DNA from: Trichodelitschia bisporula
Lineage: Eukaryota
DNA length: 64,000 nucleotides
Assembly: GCA_010356995.1 (NCBI GenBank)
Contig: ML996706.1
Coordinates: 253,789-317,788, forward strand
Direction: 5' to 3'
Shown: in pieces, positions 1 through 12,901 of the stretch
Layout: each line of letters begins with the position of its first letter
Numbering within the stretch: position 1 is the stretch's first letter
Notes under the pieces: generated by a model
Database searches by the model: none
What the model saw: only the letters and a program-made list of their open reading frames with translations
What the model was told of the DNA's origin: nothing
Translations under genes and position numbers: made by a program

Positions 1-1138
1 ATCCTCCACGTTTCAGAATTGTCGGGGAATGGATAACCATAGGCGCGGAAGAACGTCTTTGGCTTCCAGTCGAGTATCGCAGTCCGGAGGCCCTCGCCAT
101 TCACGGGGATAAGATTGGCTTGGGGTATCGGTCTGGTCGAGTGCTGTGTATGGAATTCATTTGCTGAAGTGTCTCTTAACCTCCTCCCCACCCACCTCCG
201 TAGCGGCCATTGTCTTTTTATACCTTTTTTTTAGAGCGAAAGTGGCAATGAATTACGTGATTGAAATGGGACAGCTTTGAAATCGAATCCTCCAATTACA
301 AATAGTAGCAATGGCGAATGAAATTATCGCCATCAGTGATGTAATAGCTTCAATACATTGTGGATCTGGAAGTATCTGGAATTAACCATTCCTTCACAAC
401 GCAGAGAAGATATGATGGAATGTGGTGACTGTGTTCAAAGTTTGCCACTCCTAGCTTCTTTCGTCGTGCAGAGCGTTGACGAAGACGGGGCCAGGCCCTA
501 GCTCAACCTGGTCCAAGCCGGAAAAGGGAGACGGTCACGTACAGCATGTCCTCTCATTAGCCTCCATTGATAAAGACGTGAAGCTATACTAGGATGCTAG
601 GGGGATAATCCTGTGTATGTCATCCGAGACCCTGCACAGAGAGCCTGATTCTAGAGCGCCACCTCCACCCGCGCCACTATCTCCTCCGCGCCACCAACTC
701 CACCCGCGCCACCAACTTTACCCGTGCCACCAGCCCAGTCGCCACCTGCGCCACTGCCTCAGCTCGTCTCCCTTCCCCCGCCACGGTACAACCCCGCACT
801 CAGCTCGCTAGTCACCCCACGCGATAATTGGAGTGTGGGATAGCGTTGCCTGAGTCACGTTCAGACAGAGGTGACGCTGCAGAGACGGAACAGGGGTCCT
901 ACAGGCGCCCCATGATACTTCGCTTGCAGGCCCAACCGGGCCAGTTCTGGAGGGGAACCGGCGACAGGCCGAAGACGGGGCGATTTGAGGAGGCGTGGGT
1001 GTTCAATGCGGAGGCAGGACGAGCACACGTTACTGCCCATCCAAAATCTCTTAACGCGCCAGTAATTTACATTCCAATTGAATGAAATCTGACGCTGGAT
1101 TTGGCGGCAAGACGGAGGAAGGTATCAGCTTCCATTGA

Positions 1139-1240
1139 TCACACCCTCCTGCGCTTGTGGATGGCGAGGTTCCCACGTTGGTAAAATTTCTGGCCACATT
1201 CACAGGCAAACGGTTTTTCCCCGGTATGGACGCACTCGCA
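1139..1240 (-). pseudogene. C2H2 zinc-finger gene remnant
   Basis: Translates as HTGEKPFACECGQKFYQRGNLAIHKRRRV, a canonical TGEKP linker plus one finger lacking its last His. No intact gene around it. Confidence 0.5.
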
Positions 1241-2589
1241 TTGTCGGGGCGGCGACTCATTGACTCCGATAGAGGAATGGAGTGCGCCGCCGCTCAAACC
1301 ATCTCCCGACCGTGTGGATCCATAAGCACAGAAGGGTTGTGGAGGCGGGCGCGGCGTAGAATTTGACTGACAGCACAGCACAGCACGGGAGGCGGTGCGG
1401 AGGTCGTCGAAGACCGCCACCACCCCCATAACACCCATTAACCTCCCCCACCTGCCCCCGGCGTTCCTAGCCCCCGCCTCTGCCACCGCGAATGTTGTTC
1501 ACCGCGATCCGCGCCTGCTGCTGCTGCGTCAGAGCTCATCGTGGAACCCGCTGGACCGCACGCACTGGCTGCTAGCGGGAAGGCGAGTAGCTAGCCGGTC
1601 CCGCCGTGCCGCCCGTCGTGTACCCTAACGATCTCCAGCGGCGCCGCGCCCACCCACCGCTCGACGTAGACACCGAGGCGCAGAACCCGCACCGTACATC
1701 CCAGCTGCTCGAGCAGTCACTCCGCAAGCTACGCCAGCTGCTGCATCCCGGCGCCTTCACCGAGTACAGTTCTGCGAGGCTGCCGGCGTTGTCGAGCCGA
1801 CGGGCCAGCGCCCGCGAGCCGCTACGGTTGAGCCTGTTCGACAAGGCTGGTCTCCATCAAGGCCCATGTTGCGCACCACTATCCCGCTGTGGCCGAGAAG
1901 CCGCGGAAGACGGCCCATGTCGTGATGCCGCCGGTGCGGCGTGTGTCTACGCCACATGGCAAAGGTCCGCCCCAGGGCGAGACGATTCAGGTGGAGCCGA
2001 AGCCCCAGATGACGCCTGCGCCGGACATACTAGGCAGCATCCAAGTGACGGCTCGGAAGCCGGTCCGGCCTGTCATCCAAGTCCAGCAACCTGTTCAGGC
2101 TCGGCCAACCGTTCGGTCCAGCCTGCTCAGGTTCGGCCAGCAGTCACGGTCCAGCAGCCCGTGGTTCAGCCAACCGTTCAGATCGGGCCAGCCGTTCAGG
2201 TTCAAGCTACCCAGGTCCAGCTAGCCGTGGTCCAAAATGTCCAGCCCACTGTTCACCAGACCGCCCAGCCACCCGTCCAGTCAGACGATGAGCCAACAAT
2301 ACATGTCAGGCCCCAAAGCAAATGCAGACCCGCACGCTCAATGCCGCCGCCGCCGGGGACAACTCCACGATCCGCATCAGCATGGCCGCGATGAGTACCA
2401 GGAATTCCCCGACGTCGACGCCCGGGTGGTGGAAGAGGCGCGCAAACGCCCACGCCATGACGTGCTGGAGCTGAGCATCAACCAGCGCGAAAAGGCCGAC
2501 GCCGCGGAGCGCGACGACCCCGCGTACTTCATCCAGGGCCCGGGCGACGAGGGCGACCCGCCGATGCTCGCCGAGGCGCTGCAGGTACG

Positions 2590-2760
2590 TGTTAAGAGGG
2601 GATGTGTGATCAATGGAAACATCACAGCATCATAAGTTGGACCAAAGGTCTGTCCATGAACAAGTTGCTTGATTGTCAAAGAGGTGGGGATCCCGAGTCT
2701 ACTTATACTCGAGCACTGTGGCTGAAACTGGGTAAGGCTGAACACAGCCACCGCTTTCCA
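2590..2760. repeat. 171-bp direct repeat, copy 1
   Basis: Aligns without gaps to 3596-3766 with about 14 mismatches by eye. Confidence 0.9.
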
Positions 2761-3595
2761 GCATAGCTCGCCCCAGTATCTCGCGATTGTGGCAAAGGAT
2801 TCGTCTTGGGGAACTTCATTCTGGTTAGCTAGGCCGGGGAAGGATGAGTTGCTCTCCTCACCAACGTCAATCCCCGAAGAGGGCAGTGCAGCAGCTGTAG
2901 TCGTCAGACTGGGAGGGTAGTGGATTGAGAATGCATGATCGCAAACTGTGCAGGTTAGATCACCACCTGCGCCCACTGGCGCCGAAGCCTGCATGCAACT
3001 GCACACCATCATTCCTTGCCTGAAGCGGCATGGTCCACGGAACACCATGATGGGTGGGCTGGAAGGGCATGAAGAGAAAGGGCGCCGGAATATTTTCATG
3101 ATGGATGATAGCGTCCCTAAATCTGGAGTTCTTGATCGCGACTGACGTGGGTGCAGGCAGTACTGATGGTGTAAGTTGCTAGGCCTACGTGTTAAGGTAA
3201 GGTTCGGTTGCTTGAGAGAGAACTTCTGGCCTTTGCTTATTCGCCAAACACATGGAATTTCCTTCAATCAATAACACATGCGTGTATCCTTGGACGCACG
3301 CAAAAAAAAAACCCTATATCGACGCACGAATCGGATCCAAAGCTTCCAGCCAACCGATCATCACTTCGCCTTGATTGGTATCACATGGAAGCAAGGCTAT
3401 GATGGTTAGAAGGGTTTCCGGCCGACGGGCTCTCTGCACAGCAAGTGACGATCAGCCACGTTCCCGATGTAGCCACGCATGTGAATCAAGCCACCGAATC
3501 CACTCACTCGGTTGGTATCGGCCCGACCTTTAATCCGAGAGCCAGTGCCCCGCCGCGCTAATGCTCGCTCCCAAAGCCCTACCCGACATGAGCAC

Positions 3596-3766
3596 TGTTA
3601 AAAGGAGGTGTGAGACTAATGGAAACATCACAGCATCACAAGTTAGACCGAAAGTCTGTCCATGAACAAGTTGCTTAATTGTCAAAGAGGTGGGGATCCC
3701 AAGTCTACTTGTACTCGAGCCCTGTGGCTGAAACTGGGTAAGGCTGAACACAGCCACCGCTTTCCA
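3596..3766. repeat. 171-bp direct repeat, copy 2
   Basis: Aligns without gaps to 2590-2760. Confidence 0.9.
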
Positions 3767-5135
3767 ACACGTTCATCATGTCGCAGCTCTTTCTCATCTC
3801 GCACGGTCTCATCGCGCAATACTGGATTGGCTTGGAGCATGATTTGATCTACAGGCGCGTTGATATTGAGGGTCTTTGCTTTGGAGCGTAGTTTATCTAC
3901 GGGATGAGAGGGGGGGTGTGAGTGAGCGAGGCGTTGGCGCGGGCTAGATATCCAGGCTGGGTTAGGGCTCACTCGTTTACTTTGATCTCGGGCTGTGTTT
4001 CTGGTGCCGCGGGCTGCTAGATTGACGAGATATCCTCCCCATCCAAACCTGCTATCCTCGAAGGCCTTCATCACCGCCAGCGCGATGGGGACGTCGGCCA
4101 TGATACAATTGTACCCTGCACGGTTGATCCCTGCCTCTCCTCCTGCACCCCCCTCTTACTCCCCGCAACAACGAAATCAAGCACCTCTTCCCTCCTAGCC
4201 TACGCAACATTCGCATCATTAAACGCATGCAGCAATGCACGCCCCTGGGTCCGGTTAGCCTGGGGTGACGACTAGAGAGCAACCATCCCACCCGTCCAAA
4301 GATTGTACATCTCCCTCCCCCTAACCAACCTCTCTAACCCCACTAGCGCCATCCACGCCCATCCGCGCCCACCCATCCACACGGGCTACTGGGATGATCA
4401 GCCGGCCCGACTACTGGGGCTTCGGGAGTGCGTCTAGGCAGAGGATGGCGAGGTAGGAGGCGCTGATGATGGGGACCGTTCCCGGAGGGGCCACGGGTGA
4501 TTGTCGTGGCGTCCTTGAGGACGAAGTGGAACAGGGACGGCGACAAATCAAGGCTGTAAGGGAGACGGTCAGCACGGCGGCAGAGACGGCACGTTTCAGT
4601 TCCAACTCACTGATGCAGGACGGCGAGGATATCCATTAGCAGCGCGTCCAAGTCGGCATCCCGCGGAGACTCGGCTGCGGCGCGGCCTCATGTTGGCTCA
4701 CGCCATTGAGCTGGAGCAAGTGCTTCTGCTTTGTAGATGGTTATCGGGCGCAGGCGATGCGGGTCGCTGGCAGCCTGCACAGTGGGCGTGATGGCGGGTG
4801 GTGGGGTTGGCGCGATGATTGCGCTGCGCGACGATGCGTGCGGAAGGGCTCTGGAAGATGGGGTAACGCGATGGTAGCCCTGACTTTCTGTTGCAGAAGG
4901 CGGAAAGAGAATTAAGAAGTGTCGATGCGCGGGCGTGGAGGTTTGTCGAGGGGTGTGAAGGTGGGGAGGAGAACACCCTGGTCACGCAAAGCGCACCTCA
5001 AAGGGCCGCCCGCTGTGCAGCACTGAAAGATGATGGCCGTGGGGGGAGAGAGAAGAAAGTAAACAATTGTTCATTCACATTTGTGGTGCCAAAAGCGCCT
5101 CACCAACAATAGGAGAACCACAACGCCCGCACTCA

Positions 5136-5720
5136 NNNNNNNNNNNNNNNNNNNNNNNNNNNNNNNNNNNNNNNNNNNNNNNNNNNNNNNNNNNNNNNNN
5201 NNNNNNNNNNNNNNNNNNNNNNNNNNNNNNNNNNNNNNNNNNNNNNNNNNNNNNNNNNNNNNNNNNNNNNNNNNNNNNNNNNNNNNNNNNNNNNNNNNNN
5301 NNNNNNNNNNNNNNNNNNNNNNNNNNNNNNNNNNNNNNNNNNNNNNNNNNNNNNNNNNNNNNNNNNNNNNNNNNNNNNNNNNNNNNNNNNNNNNNNNNNN
5401 NNNNNNNNNNNNNNNNNNNNNNNNNNNNNNNNNNNNNNNNNNNNNNNNNNNNNNNNNNNNNNNNNNNNNNNNNNNNNNNNNNNNNNNNNNNNNNNNNNNN
5501 NNNNNNNNNNNNNNNNNNNNNNNNNNNNNNNNNNNNNNNNNNNNNNNNNNNNNNNNNNNNNNNNNNNNNNNNNNNNNNNNNNNNNNNNNNNNNNNNNNNN
5601 NNNNNNNNNNNNNNNNNNNNNNNNNNNNNNNNNNNNNNNNNNNNNNNNNNNNNNNNNNNNNNNNNNNNNNNNNNNNNNNNNNNNNNNNNNNNNNNNNNNN
5701 NNNNNNNNNNNNNNNNNNNN
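5136..5720. other. Assembly gap (N run)
   Basis: Run of n characters. Confidence 0.99.
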
Positions 5721-6038
5721 TCCACCATCACCGCCTTACTCAAGACGGCATTGCCGCCTCCGTCAAAAGTTGTGCAGCCCTGCGGATGGCGTCAAAGAGG
5801 CTCGGGCCGGACGATTTGATCCAGCCGTTGAAGAGGCTTCAGATCTCGTCATCGAGGAACAGAGCCTCGTCTTCCAGCGAGGATGTTGCGTTCGAGGATG
5901 TCGACTTACCGAGCGACAAACAGCAACTGGCCGAGAAAGTAGGTTCGGTCCGCGTAGCCCGCCCAAAAATGCGCAGATATCGGGTCCAAATCGACTGACA
6001 CCATCGAGCTATCTGATAATGACACGGCCTCGGATTGG

Positions 6039-9000
6039 ATGCTGCAAGAGAGCCTGACTCAGTCCAACACCAGATGCCAACTGAAGCGCGAGGAATACAC
6101 AATAGGATGGATATGCGCCCTCTCGATCGAACTCGCGGCAGCCAAACAGATGCTAGACGAAGTGCATCAGAGTCTCCCTTCAAATGAGGCCGATTCCAAC
6201 ACCTATGAGCTCGGCCGCATCGGTGGACACAATGTCGTGATTGCGTGCCTACCCGTAGGCCAAATGGGAACCAATGCGGCAGCCTCGGTTGCTACCCAGA
6301 TGCAGTTGACATTCAACTCTGTTCGGCTCGGCCTGATGGTGGGCATCGGGGGTGGTGTGCCGAGTACAGCCGATGTACGGCTTGGGCATGTCGTCGTCAG
6401 TCGACCGTTCAAGGATCACAGCGGAGTAGTGCAGTACGACTTCAGCAAGATGACACCAGACAAGTTTGAACGGACTGGATATCTCAATTCCCCCCCGCAG
6501 GTTTTCCTGAAGGCAATAGCAAGCCTAGAGGCCGATCACCTCCGAGAGAGAGTCGGCTTCTCACACTCTCTTTCGAAGCTCGCCCAGGACCCAAGATTTG
6601 CACGGGACAAAACTGGACCGGATGATTGATACGACGCTACCTACAATCATGAGGGAGGACCTGACGACTCCCAGAAGTGCCGGAAAGAGTACGTGGTACG
6701 ACGGCAGCTACGCAGCGAGGATGTTGTCGTCCATTACGGCACCATAGCCTCCGGGAACCAAGTCATGCGGGATGCGACGATAAGAGACAGACTCAGCGTG
6801 GAGCTTGGAGGCGTGCTCTGCTTTGAGATGGAGGCGGGGGCTCATGAACAGGTTTCCGTGCCTTGTTGTGCGGGGAATATGCGACTATGCGGACTCGCAT
6901 AAGAACAAGAGCTGGCAGCCATACGCGGCAGGGACGGCAGCCGCGTTTGCAAAGGAGATACTCTCCGTTTTGCAGCCGGCCGAGGTGGCCGAAACGCTCA
7001 CAGTGGTTGAAGCAATCAAAGCGGTAAATGGTTGGTACGCCTGTGTTTTGACTTACCAGTTTTCACCACATACAAGAATGCTAACCAGTAGAGAAGATCT
7101 CAACACTGTACTCAAGATCTTACCCACCGCTGAGGAGGCGCCATTCAATGCATATCGGTGCCAAGACGCGCCAACCTGTCTTCCTGGCACCCGCGTCAAC
7201 CTTCTCCAGGAGATACACAGTTGGGCCAATGAAGAAAACTCACCAAGCATCTTCTGGCTGAGTGGGCTGGCTGGCACTGGCAAGTCCACGGTGGCGCGAA
7301 CAGTGGCCACTAGGTGTTCCGTGGAAGAATCTCTTGGAGCCAGCTTTTTCTTCTCTTGAGGTGGCGGACATGTTAGCCATGCCGGCAAGTTTGTGACAAG
7401 CATCACAGTATAACTTGCAGACAACGTGCAGGCTCTGAAGCCGACCATCTGCGATGCTATCACCAAGTGCAGCAACATCGCAAGCCTGTCTTTATTCGAC
7501 CAGTTGCGCCATCTTGTCCTCGGTCCTTTGTCGAAGCTCAAGGGCAACCAATTCCCTTTTACATTTATGCTGGTGGTTGACGCGCTCGACAAGTGCGAGA
7601 ATGAGGACAGCAAACGGATCATTCTGCAACTGCTGGCGGAAGCTCGGTCGTTGGAGAGGCCACGACTCCGAGTGTTTTGACGAGCAGACCTGAAGTTCGT
7701 ATCCGACATGGCTTTATCGAAATTCTGGAAATCGAACACCGGGACTTTGTACTCCACAATATATCACCATCCATTGTTGACCACGATATCCGCACTTTTC
7801 TACGGCATCAACTCGTATACATTGCCCGCGAATATTCTCTTCACGCTGGCTGGCCAGGCGAGCAGATCATAAGTCATCTTGTCCGGAATGCAGGTGGCCT
7901 GTTTATCTGGGCAGCAACCGCATGCCGCTTTATTCATGAAGGAAAACGATTTGCTACAAAGAGACTGGATACGATCCTGGACCAAAGTCGCACTGCTGTC
8001 AACGCCCCGGCGACGACACCAGGTGATAGCAAGGCTATGCTATGGGACTTCGGCCCGGAAGAGACCCAAAAATCCCTCTGGGGCCGTTCGGAAACGATTA
8101 CTGCCGTAGCCTTCTCACCGGACGGCAAGCAGCTGGCATCGGGATCCCCCGATGGAACGATCAGGCTATGGGACATCAGCTTAGGAAAGGCGCTACAGAC
8201 ACTCCAGAGCCGTTCGCATTCAGTCATGGCCATCGCCTTCTCGCCGGACGGGAAGCAACTGGCGCAGGGATTGAGCGATGGTTCGGTCATGCTAGGGAAC
8301 CCTGACTCGCAAAGGGCCCTACAGATGCTCCGGGGCTCTCAGGGTGAAAATCATAGAGAAGATATTCTCACGGTAGCCTTCTCGCCGGACGGCAATTTAC
8401 TGGCATCATCCCACAGCACTAGCTTGTTCTGGGACGCTAGCTCGGGAAAGGTGCTTCAAACGATAGAAGGCCACTCGGATCGGGTGATTGATGCCGTATC
8501 CTTCTCGCCGGGTGGCAAGCTACTAGTATCAGCATCCTTTTGCACGGTCACGCTATGTGACGCTAGCTCGAGAAAGGTCCTTCACACGCTCGATGACCTT
8601 TCTGAGTCCATATTTGTCGTGACCTTCTCGCCAGACAGTAAGCTGCTGGTATCAGTATCCTGGGAAGCGGTGATACTGCATGACTCCGACTCGGGACAGC
8701 TGCTACAGATACTCGACCCCCTTTCGACTCCGGTTGACGCCCTAGCCTTCTCGCCGGATGGCAAGCAGCTGGCGGCGGCATCTCTTGCTGGAATCACTAG
8801 GTTGTGGGACATCGACTCGGGAACGTTCAAAACTTTGGACGGCTTCTCCGATCAGGATTCGGTATGGGATGCGGATTTTGACTCCGATTTGGACGACGCC
8901 GTAGCCTTCTCAGGGCTGGCACCGGTATCCCACAAAAGTAGGATCGGGCCTAACCACGAGCTCTCGGGCACTTCGCATGAGCCCACCACTGAAGTCCTCC

Positions 9001-9940
9001 CGCCGGACGGCAAGCAGCTGGCGTCGGCACCAGGCAATGAAACGGTTAGGTTTTTAGACCTCGGCCCAGAAAGGATACCCAAACCTCTCTGCGGCTCTCA
9101 TCATGTTCAAGCTATTGCCTTCTCGCCGGACGGTACTCAGCTAGTATTGAGCCACAGTGCAACGACCTTTCTGTGGATATCAGCTCGGGAAAGGTGCTAC
9201 ATACTCTCTACTACACCCACGATCCCGTTAGGGCCGTAGCCTTCTCCCCGGACGGCACCCAGTTTGCGTCTGTACACTCCTCAGGAAGGGTTAGGGTGTG
9301 TGATTTTAGCTCAGGAACTGGGCCCCGGACGCTTAACCCCGACCATGCCATTGCGGCCGTGGCCTTCTCGCTGGACGGCAAGCTGCTAGTGTGGGCCATG
9401 GATGATCATGGACCAACCAGTCTATGTGATCTCTACCCAGGAAAGCAGCTTCCTGGCTATGTTCTGGATAGAGTCATTGCCTTTGTCTTCTCGCCGGACA
9501 GTAAGTGGCTGGCGTCGACGACCATCAGAGGAAAGGTCGTGTTGTCGAATGTCGACTCGGGAATGGTGCTATGGGAATACCGAGAGAGTTATACTAGGCA
9601 CGTCGGCGTAGCTTTCTCGCCTGATGGCAAGCAGCTGGCGTCGACATCAAGCTCGAACAAGATTAGACTATGGGACTCTGGCTCGGGAAAGGTGCTGGAA
9701 GTGTTCGCGTGCGATCGGGGCACACATGGTAATATCATGGCTCTGGCCTTCTCGCCGGACGGCAAGCAGGTGGTGTGGGCATCCTCCTTCGGAAGGATTA
9801 TGCGGTGGGACGTCGACTCAGAAAAGTATATTGCGGGAGAGACACAAAGGGCCTCAAAGGGCAAAGGGCGCGCCTCAGAGGAAGGTATGATTGAGGAGGA
9901 GCAGAGTGTCTCAGAGGGCAAACGGCAAGTCAAAGGGTGA
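6039..9940 (+). pseudogene. Disrupted fungal NLR: PNP_UDP (Pfs)-NACHT-WD40 (HET-E-like)
   Basis: PNP_UDP motifs YTIGWICAL, LMVGIGGGVP, HYGTIASGNQV and [18 protein letters not shown] Walker [10 protein letters not shown], Walker B LVVDALD and TSRPE. About 13 AFSPDGKQL WD40 repeats. Stops at 6627, 7357 and 7411; frameshifts near 6840, 7675 and 9170. Confidence 0.9.
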
Positions 9941-10588
9941 GATGACGGCGGTCGCATCGCGGAGATGAAGCCCAAAGGCACCGCTTGGCAGCACTGGTAA
10001 TTGTCAAGAGCAAGCTCGATCTGCGTCACTCATAGCTTGCGATCAGTCCTAAGATCGAGTCCACACCCTTTTCCCGCACGCTAGCAATAGATATCAGCTT
10101 GCTGTCATGCTACCCAGAGAGTTGCTGCCGCTAAGGGAGCGGATTTCTTGAAGAGAAGGGAGTAAGTAGTAGTAAGGCACGAGAGCTTCTCATCTCCAAC
10201 TCCCATATCGTCAATCCATGTCGGTTCCCGTTTCTTGCAATATTTCGACTCGAGTGGCACCCCTGCCTATAACTAGTTTACGATCGTCTTGCCTTCACAA
10301 CAACATGTCGGCCGTGACGTTGGCCGACACTTCTTAAATCCGCTTACCCCTACCGCCCAATCGGCAGCGACACCGAAAGCAGCACAAATGGCCTCAATCA
10401 ACAACATCGTCTGCAAACAACGCCCGTTATAGTGCCGTTCTGTCTCGTTTGAGATTGACACCCAACCCGATCGCGCACGGCAACGACGCAATATCGAGCA
10501 GAGCATCCGGGATCTCGGAACCGGCGCATAAGAAGATGGCATCGCTCGAGGTTACCAGCCATGCCGAGCCGCTCTCTCCGCTATCACA

Positions 10589-12442
10589 ATGGCAAAGTAC
10601 TTCGCCGTAGCCGCCCTGCTGGCCGCCCTTGTGGCTCCCGCAGCCTCCTTGCCCGCTGGCCTCGGCATCCATTACGACGGTGACGTCGACGCACCCCTGC
10701 TGAAGCTGGACTACGCGACGTACCGGGGCAAGTACGACAACGTCAGCGACGTGCGTTCCTCCTGCCCTAGAACCCCAAAAACCCTTCTAACCCCTCGCAG
10801 GTCTTCATCTTCAAAAACATCCGCTTCGCCGCCCCGCCCGTTGGCAACCTGCGCTGGGCGAAACCCGCCTCTCCACGACCGATCGCCGAAATCCAAGACG
10901 GGTCCGACGGGCGGCAGTGCGTGCAGGCGGGCCAGGCGCGTGCTGCCGGTCCGCCCGCCGGTGAAGACTGCCTGTTCCTCGATGTCACGGTTCCGGGTCG
11001 CGTGTTACGGGAGAAGGGCCTGAAGCTGCCGGTTGTGAACTGGGTGTATGGCGGGGCGTACAGTGCGTTCTCCCCCTTGTCTAAATTAGGATTCCGCTCA
11101 CACATGCAGTCGTGGGCTCGAAAGAAGGGTACGTCCTGCCCTCCCTGCCCGAGCGAAACTAACCACCCAGCGCCAACGCCGCGGCCATGATCCGCGCCTC
11201 GAAGGGTAACCTCATCTGGGTCGCCGGGAACTACCGGGTACGCCCGCCCCCCCACCCACCCTTCGCTCTAGTCTAACCCTCCAGCTCGGCGCCTACGGCT
11301 TCCTCACCGGCACAACCGTTGAGAAGACTGCCACTCCGAACGCGGGGTTTTGGGACCAACGTGCCGTCCTCCAATGGATCCAGCAATACATCGGCCTCCT
11401 CTCCGGCGACCCCGGTGCGGTAACCACAATCGGCATCTCCGCCGGCGCGGGCTCTATCCTGCACCACCTCGTCCTGGAGGGCGGCACGCTCGACCCGCTC
11501 TTTACCCGCGCCATCCTCCAGTCCCCGGGCTACAACAACTGGCTCGACCGCGCCGGTCAGTTGGAAGCCAATTACCAGCGCTTCGAATCCCTGGCCGGCT
11601 GCACCGGGCAGGGTCTCGCATGCCTGCGCAACCTCTCGGAGCCCGCCCTACTCAACGCCAGCATCGCAGCCAATGCCGGCCAGCGCCCCGGCAGCTTCGC
11701 CTTCGGCCCGGCACCAGACGGGAAGTTCATCGTCTCGAGCCCGACGCTCGAAATCGCAGCGGGCCGGTACTGGAAGGGTCTGTCCGGACTCATCAGCAGC
11801 CACGTCGTCGACGAGGGTGGTAGCTTCTCCGATCCCGCTATCGCCACCGACGCAGCGTTTGATGCGCTGTTAAATTCTACGTATCCAGGCACTGGGCTGG
11901 CAGGTCTGCGCGCGGGCGTGCAGCGCCTGTACCCCGCAGTGGGGGCAGATGCGGCTCGGGCCGCGGCGCTAGGGTACAAGGATGCGCGGGGCCGGCTGGG
12001 GCGCGAGATCAGCGAGATGAGTTTCACGTGCCATAACCGGGTGGCGGCGGATGGGTATCCAGGCAAGACGTGGAGCGTGCAGTACAGTGTGCCGCCGGGG
12101 ACGCATGGGGCGGATCAGACGGGGACGTTTTTCGACGTCTTGGGCCCGCGGGGACAGGGGTTGAGTGAGGGGGAGAAGAGGGAACGGGTGGGGTTTCAGG
12201 GGTTGTTGGTTAGTTTTATGCGCGGGGGGGATCCGAATGCGTATAGGGATGGGGAGGTGAGTGTTGAGTGGCCGCGGACGACGGGGTTTAATGCCACTAC
12301 GTTGGGGAATGTGCTTGAGGTGCATTCGTTAGAGGGGAAGAAGGGGATGCGGATTATTGAGGATGGGTGGGTGATTAAGGAACGCTGTGCGTTCTGGACG
12401 GATGCGCAGCGGGATGTTATGGCGACGTTGAAGACTGGTTGA
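10589..12442 (+). CDS. Secreted type-B carboxylesterase/lipase (alpha/beta hydrolase), 4 introns
   Basis: Signal peptide MAKYFAVAALLAALVAPAAS. Motifs FKNIRFAAPP, EDCLFLDV, WVYGGAY, nucleophile GISAG and catalytic His GTHGAD. Introns approx. 10751-10800, 11063-11109, 11129-11170 and 11238-11284. Confidence 0.9.
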
Positions 12443-12901
12443 GGCGGTTGTGTACCTCCAGAGGTTGGATGTATGACGCGCAGCGATTCGAGATCGCTAT
12501 ATCCTGGATCCTACTATTTGTGTTATGATCACTAACCCAATGACTTGTTCTAGCCAAAGCCAAATATCCGCTCCTTGGGTAGAGTAGACGCCTGAGGTGG
12601 ATAGGGCATCAGGGCGTGTATGGCACCAAGGCATCATTCTTACAGTTGGAAGGAGCATATCAGCGTTAGGAAGGGGCATGGCAATAGGATATGGTAATGG
12701 AAGGCGTACATGACGTAATTTGCACACGATGGAAGGCACATACGGAACAGAGGACACAGGGACCAACACATGAATATTTGTCTGGCTTCGCCTCTCTCTT
12801 CTCCTCGTCTTTCCACGATCTTTCGCTTTGCTCCGTAGCCTGCAGACCTGTCAAGCCTATGCTTCCATTAGCTCCTCATACCCCATGCCAACCACGAGCA
12901 A

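Noticed and set aside
1..160. Minus-strand partial ORF running off the left edge
   Set aside because: Too short and unrecognisable to call without flanking sequence.
398..420. GCAGAGAAGAT resembling the U6 ACAGAGA box
   Set aside because: No ACAGAGA match and no flanking U6 sequence or structure.
5067..5998. Long ORFs spanning the N run
   Set aside because: Artefacts of translating through the assembly gap.
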